Of a DNA stretch of 53,651 bases, positions 48,511-53,651 are shown piece after piece. Position numbers and translations under genes: made by a program. The first letter of the stretch is position 1, and each line of letters begins with the position of its first letter. Under the pieces are notes generated by a model. That model saw only the letters and a list, made by a program, of their open reading frames with translations. It ran no database searches and was not told where the DNA came from. The stretch is from Candidatus Gottesmanbacteria bacterium (GTDB lineage Bacteria > Patescibacteriota > Microgenomatia > JACPZF01), in the NCBI GenBank assembly GCA_016195615.1, contig JACPZF010000015.1, positions 1 to 53,651 on the forward strand, written 5' to 3'.

Positions 48511-49855
48511 GCGAATATTTTTTCTGGCTTTAATTTTTGGCATAGGAATATTTACGCTTGTAAACACGAAGCCTCGTCCAGCTTTTGCAGAATGTAATTG
48601 TCCCGGCAATGATTGTGATCATTGCGGCGGCGAGGGTGTAAATTGGGGAAGAAACAGCGGCTGTGGAGATTTTTGCAGTCAAAATCCTGATTCTTGCGGT
48701 ACGCCTGGAACTTGCAATAGTGGTAGCGGTGGTGATTCTGGAGGCGGTAACGGTGGTGGGTGTAACCCTGGGCCTACTAATTGCGGTTCATGTTCGGTTT
48801 CCTGTGATGGTGGCATACAAACCTGTAGTGATGGTTGTAACACGACCACGCAACCATGCAACACTCAAACCTGTTGCAATTCCAACGATTGGAGTGCGTG
48901 GAGCCCGGTTTGCACCTCGGAAAACTGCGACAAGGCGACTCAGTCAAGAACAAATGCCTGTGGGACAACAGGGACGAGGAAATGCAGCTGCACCATTACC
49001 TATCCCTCGACGACACCAACGCCGCCGGTTTCAACCGCTCCAACGCCATCGGACACTACGCCGACCCCCTCCCCGGCCACGACTGGGTTTATCAGTTGGT
49101 TTAAAACCAAAGGCGGTGATGTTCATAGCAATAAAGATATCATCGTTTCTTTGCCTTCACTTTTAGAACGTTTTGCCAGTTTTCTCGTCACCGTAAACGG
49201 CTTGTCTTCGTTTGCTGCTGGGAGTGAATACGATGCCCGGCCAGATTTGGCAAGCGAACGAAAATGGTATTGGTACTCGCCGCCTTACGGCAAAGTGACT
49301 TTTTCGGAATTAGAAGGATTTTTTGAATACTACACGCATTTTAAGCCGGTGACAAAAAAAATAGCGATTAATGAGATAACCAATGGTTTTTTGGCCACCG
49401 AGGCGGGAAATGGCAAGACTATACCTATTATAGAGATAGATCCCAGCACCAGTGCTGTTAGCCTTGCCGAGGATTTATCTCTGACGGGAAACCGTCAGCT
49501 GGTTTTGTATATAAATGGCGATCTAGAAATTAAAAATAACATCTTTTTTAAAGACGACGCCGGGGTAATATTTGTGGTCAAAGGAAATCTCAACATCAGT
49601 TCCTCGCCGATTGAGGTTGACGGAATGTTTCTGGTTGATAAAAATGTTAATACCACGGACAAAAATGTTGATACGCCGCTTCTTATAAAAGGAGCAATCA
49701 TGTCAAGCAGTAGAGGTAAAATTTTTGCGCAGTCGAGAAAAGTAAGTAATGTTCTGGTTCCTTCGGAATATATTATTTTTGAACCAAAATATTTGATTAA
49801 ATTTAGCCAAGTTCTCGGTAGAACGTCTTTAATGTGGAAAGAAGTGGCTCCGTAA
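48485..49855 (+). CDS. Cys-rich secreted/anchored protein with thrombospondin type-1-repeat-like motifs (adhesin candidate)
   Basis: N-terminal TM/signal, CSVSCDGGIQTC and DWSAWSPVCTSENCDKATQSRTNAC (WSxWS..C..C....R...C pattern). A Pro/Thr linker TTPTPPVSTAPTPSDTTPTPSP precedes a ~270-aa C-terminal domain. Confidence 0.6.
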   Translation: MLTLISVIKRIFFLALIFGIGIFTLVNTKPRPAFAECNCPGNDCDHCGGEGVNWGRNSGCGDFCSQNPDSCGTPGTCNSGSGGDSGGGNGGGCNPGPTNCGSCSVSCDGGIQTCSDGCNTTTQPCNTQTCCNSNDWSAWSPVCTSENCDKATQSRTNACGTTGTRKCSCTITYPSTTPTPPVSTAPTPSDTTPTPSPATTGFISWFKTKGGDVHSNKDIIVSLPSLLERFASFLVTVNGLSSFAAGSEYDARPDLASERKWYWYSPPYGKVTFSELEGFFEYYTHFKPVTKKIAINEITNGFLATEAGNGKTIPIIEIDPSTSAVSLAEDLSLTGNRQLVLYINGDLEIKNNIFFKDDAGVIFVVKGNLNISSSPIEVDGMFLVDKNVNTTDKNVDTPLLIKGAIMSSSRGKIFAQSRKVSNVLVPSEYIIFEPKYLIKFSQVLGRTSLMWKEVAP

Positions 49856-49862
49856 TTTTATT

Positions 49863-49902
49863 AAGGTGGAACCTTAACCGCTTCGCGTTAAGGTTCCACC
49901 TT
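49863..49902. terminator. bidirectional hairpin between convergent genes
   Basis: Perfect 16-bp inverted repeat AAGGTGGAACCTTAAC-cgcttcgc-GTTAAGGTTCCACCTT between the stop at 49855 and the argS stop at 49904. Confidence 0.7.
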
Positions 49903-49903
49903 G

Positions 49904-51790
49904 TTACATTTTTTCAGGAGTTTCTATTCCCAATAGTTTCAAACCATTCTTTATCACTTGCGCAACCGCGGCAGTCATTCGTAGTCTTAATGCCCTACTA
50001 TCGTCTTTCGCTTTTAGAATAGGTAATTTATCATAAAAATAATTAAACTTTTGGGCCAAATCGTAGAGATAATTACAGATTAAGTTAGGCGCGTAATTTT
50101 GCGCGGCGCTTAAAACAACCTCGGGGAATTTATAAAGCGAACGAAGAATTGCCATCTCTTCATTTTCTACTTTAATTCCTTTATTCTTTAATTCTTTAAT
50201 TCTTGTACTCTTTGCCAGCACCGACTTCGCGCGGGCAAAGGTGTACTGGAGATAGGGTCCGCTGTTGCCTTCAAAGCTTAACGATTCGTCAAAATCGAAA
50301 GCAATATCTTGCATTCGTCCCACTTTTAAAATACTATATTTAACTGCCCCCACCGCCAACTGCTCGGCTACTTCATCTTTATTATCGCCGCTTGTTAATT
50401 TTGCATATCTCGCATTTTCCATAATATCTTTAATGCGGGCCCTTGCTTCATCCAAAAGATCATCAATGTAAACCACATTTCCCAGACGCGAACTCATTTT
50501 CCCTTTTCCTTTAATACTCATATAGCCATAAGCAATATGGACATAGTCCTCAACTTTTCCATTTCCTAATTGTTCGCATACCGCAAACATTTGTTTTAAA
50601 GCCAGAGATTGTTCCGGACCGATAACCCAATGTAGTTTATCGGGATGAAAAGTATCACGTTTCAATTTGGTAAGGGCTAAGTCTTGGGTGATATAAAGTG
50701 CGGTACCGTCAGATTTAATAACAACCGTGTTTGGTATTTGGTATTTTTCTAGATCAGTTAAAATGGTTCCTTCCGAAGTTATTTTAAAAATGCCTAGCTT
50801 TAATCCTTTATCCACCATGTCTTTTCCCATTTGGTAATGCTCGTGTTCGTGCCAAACTTTATCCCACTTATTTCCAAGTCTTTTTAGAGTTAGTTCTTGT
50901 CCTTGGTAGGAGTAGGCCAAAACTTTTTTCCAAAGCTCCCAATTTTTTGGTTCTTTATTTTCCCAATCAAGGACTAATTTGCGGACGGCATCTTCGGTTT
51001 CCTTTTTGTTTTCAAAATCATCTGCTGCCAGCGTATATAATTCGTCAATAAATTTGTCAGGCCGTAGCTTTCGATCCTGTGAAGATTGCCATTCGGTTTG
51101 ATGGTCGTACCAATAATTAATATCAGTAATTTGCTTATCGTCCTTTTTAGCAAACTTAAGATAGCCCCACATTAATTTAGCAATAGCAATGCCGCGGTTA
51201 TTATCGATACAATCACGAACAGTTTTTAATCCGACAAATTCCCAAGTGTTGGCAATGGCCATTCCCGTGACATTATTTCGCAAATGCCCTAAGTGTAAGG
51301 CCTTATTTGGATTGGGAGAGGTATGTTCTACCAGCCATTTTTTACCAACGCCCCAGTCAGACGAACCAAAATTATTTTTTTGTTCGTCAATATGAGATAG
51401 CTTGGCAAGTAAGAAATTATTGCTCAGCCAAAAATTGATAAAACCCGGGCCTGCGATTTCGATTTTGGAAACAATTCTTTTCGTCATTCTGGGGACCCGC
51501 CAACTGGCGGGGACTCCAGAATCTGATTCTGGACAAGCCAGAATGACGCGTAATTCCTTAACTATTTTTTCCGCGATTTTCCTGGTGTTTTCTTTCTTAA
51601 TACTTAATACTTGATTCTTAATACTTAATGCAATGTTAGTAGCATAGTCCCCATGCGCTTCATCCACTGGATGCTCCAAATGGATATCTTCGATTTTTAA
51701 CCCGCTCTCGGACCACAATTTAGTAACGGCTTTATGTAAAGCCATAATAATTTCATACGAAACAAAATCTTTTGGCGGTAAGTTTGTCAT
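49904..51790 (-). CDS. argS: arginine--tRNA ligase with three repeat-encoded in-frame inserts
   Basis: HIGH region HTSPNPNKALHLGHLRN, KMSKS-like KMSSRLGN and a C-terminal anticodon-binding domain ending ..LGIETPEKM. Length is 628 aa. Confidence 0.9.
   Translation of the reverse strand: MTNLPPKDFVSYEIIMALHKAVTKLWSESGLKIEDIHLEHPVDEAHGDYATNIALSIKNQVLSIKKENTRKIAEKIVKELRVILACPESDSGVPASWRVPRMTKRIVSKIEIAGPGFINFWLSNNFLLAKLSHIDEQKNNFGSSDWGVGKKWLVEHTSPNPNKALHLGHLRNNVTGMAIANTWEFVGLKTVRDCIDNNRGIAIAKLMWGYLKFAKKDDKQITDINYWYDHQTEWQSSQDRKLRPDKFIDELYTLAADDFENKKETEDAVRKLVLDWENKEPKNWELWKKVLAYSYQGQELTLKRLGNKWDKVWHEHEHYQMGKDMVDKGLKLGIFKITSEGTILTDLEKYQIPNTVVIKSDGTALYITQDLALTKLKRDTFHPDKLHWVIGPEQSLALKQMFAVCEQLGNGKVEDYVHIAYGYMSIKGKGKMSSRLGNVVYIDDLLDEARARIKDIMENARYAKLTSGDNKDEVAEQLAVGAVKYSILKVGRMQDIAFDFDESLSFEGNSGPYLQYTFARAKSVLAKSTRIKELKNKGIKVENEEMAILRSLYKFPEVVLSAAQNYAPNLICNYLYDLAQKFNYFYDKLPILKAKDDSRALRLRMTAAVAQVIKNGLKLLGIETPEKM
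51482..51548. repeat. nested-palindrome MITE-like element, copy inside argS
   Basis: CGTCATTCTGGggaCCCGCCaactGGCGGGgaCTCCAGAATCtGATTCTGGAcaagCCAGAATGACG, read on the minus strand as ..RVILACPESDSGVPASWRVPRMTKR.. Confidence 0.8.
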
Positions 51791-51921
51791 ATTTATCCGG
51801 CTCTCGACCCATTAGGTATTGGTTTTTCTATCATAATCTAATTTTTAATTTCCCGCACTGCAGTACAGGTTTTTAAAATCTATTTTAGTAACTCTCACGC
51901 ACTGGAGCGCGGGAGTTACTG

Positions 51922-52602
51922 CTATGTTATATTTACTTCTCTAACATTTTCATTTAAAAGAAAAAAATCTTGGCTGTTAAACTTGTTAAGTAGATCTTTT
52001 AGGCAATTTTCAACCTCGCTGTTTTCAATTTCGTTGGGAGCGTCAATAACGAAAAGGACATTTTTTGTTTTTGTAGTTATCTTGGAACTATCTCGATAGC
52101 CCTGCGAAAAGGAATAAAAAGCTCCTTTCTCATCAGAAAGGGTAAAATCTCTAAGTGGTATTTTAAACGTTTGACCGCCGATGGCAATCATATCTTCATC
52201 TACTGCTGCAACTTCTGCGACCAGGTTCCCCTTTAATAAATCCAAGTCGTACGCCGACAGCGAAAGATTATAAAGTAATTCCAATGCCATGTATTCGTTA
52301 ACGATATTGTTAATATTTCCAATACTTTTACCAGTCAAAACTCTTTTTATTTGTAAATGAGGTAGAAACGCCGATTCTGGATCAATTCCTATTTTTTTCG
52401 CGAAATTTATATAAGCAATAGAATTAGGATTTATTCTTAAAGATTCGATTATATATTTTTCTCTTACCAGCGGGTAAACGTTTTCCAGTATGTTTTTCGT
52501 TTGTTCATTCGGTCCAAAAACATTTACGTTCTTAATAGCGCCAAACGCTAATTTTATATTTCCGTATTTTTTGATTAAATCATCACTTAGAATAAATTTC
52601 AT
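51922..52602 (-). CDS. B3/B4 tRNA-binding-domain protein
   Basis: Starts at ATG 52602 (MKFILSDDLIKKY..). NNIVNEYMALELLYNLSLSAYDLDLLKG resembles the PheT B3_4 domain. Confidence 0.55.
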   Translation of the reverse strand: MKFILSDDLIKKYGNIKLAFGAIKNVNVFGPNEQTKNILENVYPLVREKYIIESLRINPNSIAYINFAKKIGIDPESAFLPHLQIKRVLTGKSIGNINNIVNEYMALELLYNLSLSAYDLDLLKGNLVAEVAAVDEDMIAIGGQTFKIPLRDFTLSDEKGAFYSFSQGYRDSSKITTKTKNVLFVIDAPNEIENSEVENCLKDLLNKFNSQDFFLLNENVREVNIT

Positions 52603-52701
52603 ATTTTTAGCTAACTTTACAATATTACCGCGCACTGTAGCGTGGTAGTATTGTACAAACATACTTCTGATACCTATTTTATCTCACCTATAGGAACTTT
52701 A

Positions 52702-52992
52702 CTAGATGTGGACATGTTTAGTACCACTCCATCCGTGCAGGGCGGCGTAAGTTGTATTAGCTCCCTGTTGCAAAATGGCAATTTCTTTAAGTAATTGCGT
52801 CTCCATTTCGGGAGTGAGTTTTTCCGCAACAAGTGCCGTAGCAAATTCATGCTTTTTAAGAACGAGTTTTGCCTCCACTAGATTATGATCTCTTCTTTTT
52901 TCCAAATCAAAACCGCTCGTTCCCGCGATGCTTTCAAAATGGAAACACGGCTGTGGCGGTAAAAAATTTAAATTCATCTTGCTTTCTAGCAT
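52702..52992 (-). CDS. hypothetical 96-aa protein
   Basis: Strong SD (aaggaggaaaATG). No family recognised. Confidence 0.55.
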   Translation of the reverse strand: MLESKMNLNFLPPQPCFHFESIAGTSGFDLEKRRDHNLVEAKLVLKKHEFATALVAEKLTPEMETQLLKEIAILQQGANTTYAALHGWSGTKHVHI

Positions 52993-53007
52993 TTTCCTCC
53001 TTTCTCT

Positions 53008-53187
53008 CTAAGTAAAATTATTTTGAGTAACTAACGTTACCTTAATTGACGCTTCGACTTTGGGTTTACCCGTAGGAGGCATTGCTTGGACGTCAACTTT
53101 ATGCACTTCAAACGGTTGGTTGCAATCTTGGCACTTTACACTGTCGTGTCGTCCGCCATGTACAAAGACGTGTTCATTTTCTAACAT
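53008..53187 (-). CDS. hypothetical 59-aa protein (possible zinc-binding)
   Basis: Strong SD AAAGGAGGTGA sits 7 nt before ATG 53187 (MLENEHVFVHGGRHDSVKCQDCNQPF..). The track extension to 53262 has no SD and overlaps a divergent promoter. Confidence 0.5.
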   Translation of the reverse strand: MLENEHVFVHGGRHDSVKCQDCNQPFEVHKVDVQAMPPTGKPKVEASIKVTLVTQNNFT

Positions 53188-53208
53188 ACTTCTTTTCACC
53201 TCCTTTCG

Positions 53209-53237
53209 TTGACAAGGTTTAAATAACTTGTTATATT
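53209..53237 (+). promoter_or_regulatory. consensus-like promoter for the candidate small RNA
   Basis: TTGACA (53209-53214), a 17-nt spacer and TATATT (53232-53237). Confidence 0.55.
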
Positions 53238-53244
53238 CCTTTTT

Positions 53245-53327
53245 GGCATAACAAAGGCGCAAGAAAAGCCCTCAAAAGCTTTTTGATCTTCGCAAGAGAT
53301 ACGCTGCCTTAGTTATGCCATTTTTTT
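53245..53327 (+). ncRNA. candidate ~80-nt small RNA of unknown class
   Basis: Starts about 8 nt after the -10. It is closed by GGCATAAC/GTTATGCC plus AAGGC/GCCTT, with internal hairpins including ATCTT-cgcaa-GAGAT, and is followed by aTTTTTTT (53320-53327). Confidence 0.4.
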
Positions 53328-53491
53328 ACAAAAAAAATCGCCTCAAAATATTATTTAAAAGCATAAATAATATCTTGAAGCGACGGGAATTCTGCTCTGC
53401 AGAACCGTGGTGCCACGCTTCTTCACTACAAAATCTCTGTATAAGCCTTAACGGAGATATTGATTGTCTTGTTAGTGTTTCCTACTTTCCC

Positions 53492-53513
53492 GCCTCAGCG
53501 GCGGATTTTTTGG
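53492..53513 (+). terminator. rho-independent terminator
   Basis: CCGCC-tcagc-GGCGG followed by aTTTTTT. It lies inside the 78-aa track ORF, which argues that ORF is not coding. Confidence 0.5.
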
Positions 53514-53651
53514 GAAACTGGCTCGGGAGCTCTAGGTCGCCTCGTCGGTGACTTTCTCCGTCATCGCCTCTTTAATTAAAATATAATATAGCACAAATAT
53601 TCGATAATGTAAATGCCCTATCTAACAACGTATTTTGGCAATTCTACGGTC

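Noticed and set aside
48663-49166. Cluster of overlapping ORFs (48663-49166, 48679-48864, 48777-48968, 48856-49104) in the GC-rich part of the Cys-rich protein gene.
   Set aside because: The locally high GC removes stop codons in all frames. The frame starting at 48485 alone gives a coherent signal peptide, Cys-pattern and linker architecture.
51791-51921. T-box or other riboswitch in the argS 5' region.
   Set aside because: Hairpins are present (AGTAACTC../..GAGTTACT just after the upstream gene stop), but I could not find the T-box consensus or a specifier/antiterminator arrangement. The hairpin is more simply the upstream gene's terminator.
53315-53551. 78-aa plus-strand track ORF.
   Set aside because: It has no SD. 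It begins inside the T-run of the preceding terminator and runs through a long hairpin and a second terminator.

Overview
AT-rich, gene-dense bacterial chromosomal window using the standard code (TGA is a stop). Short housekeeping genes, many small membrane proteins, TA pairs, a large type IV pilus locus and proteins carrying repeat-encoded inserts suggest a Patescibacteria/CPR (Microgenomates-like) genome; that placement is inference. Order of content: a partial M20/M42 peptidase, an 882-aa unknown protein, and a VapBC pair. Next come dnaB, tRNA-Leu(CAA), an RHH-PIN pair and efp, then a housekeeping block (MFS transporter, split Lgt-like gene, DksA-like protein, lspA, RluA-type synthase, Kef-type antiporter, RNHCP protein, tgt). 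A decayed accessory patch follows, with repeat-containing promoters and an unannotated SD-led 45-aa ORF, then LCP, TPR, yebC and a membrane protein. Next is an ~800 bp non-coding stretch and a Xer-type tyrosine recombinase interrupted at its active site by a 421-aa LAGLIDADG intein. A small island holds a (GA)10-interrupted gene, a nucleotidyltransferase and an IS200-like element. Then come gyrA-hppA-gyrB-holB and a ~15 kb type IV pilus locus: pilB/T/C, eight pilin-like genes, an antisense Fic gene, two polytopic GT-C-like proteins and a Cys-rich thrombospondin-repeat-like protein. The window ends with argS, a B3/4-domain protein, two small SD-led ORFs and a candidate small RNA. Main second-look items: (1) families of palindromic or short-tandem repeat elements inserted in frame into essential genes (tgt, argS, efp, gyrB, rluD-like, a prepilin leader). 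(2) gyrA and the adjacent H+-PPase gene each lack, in frame, the block carrying their catalytic motifs. (3) the intein in the Xer recombinase. (4) two simple-sequence switches, (GA)10 in an ORF and (CTT)7 in a promoter spacer. (5) the pilus locus with its unusual terminal adhesin candidate. All family calls come from reading the translations; no searches were run.
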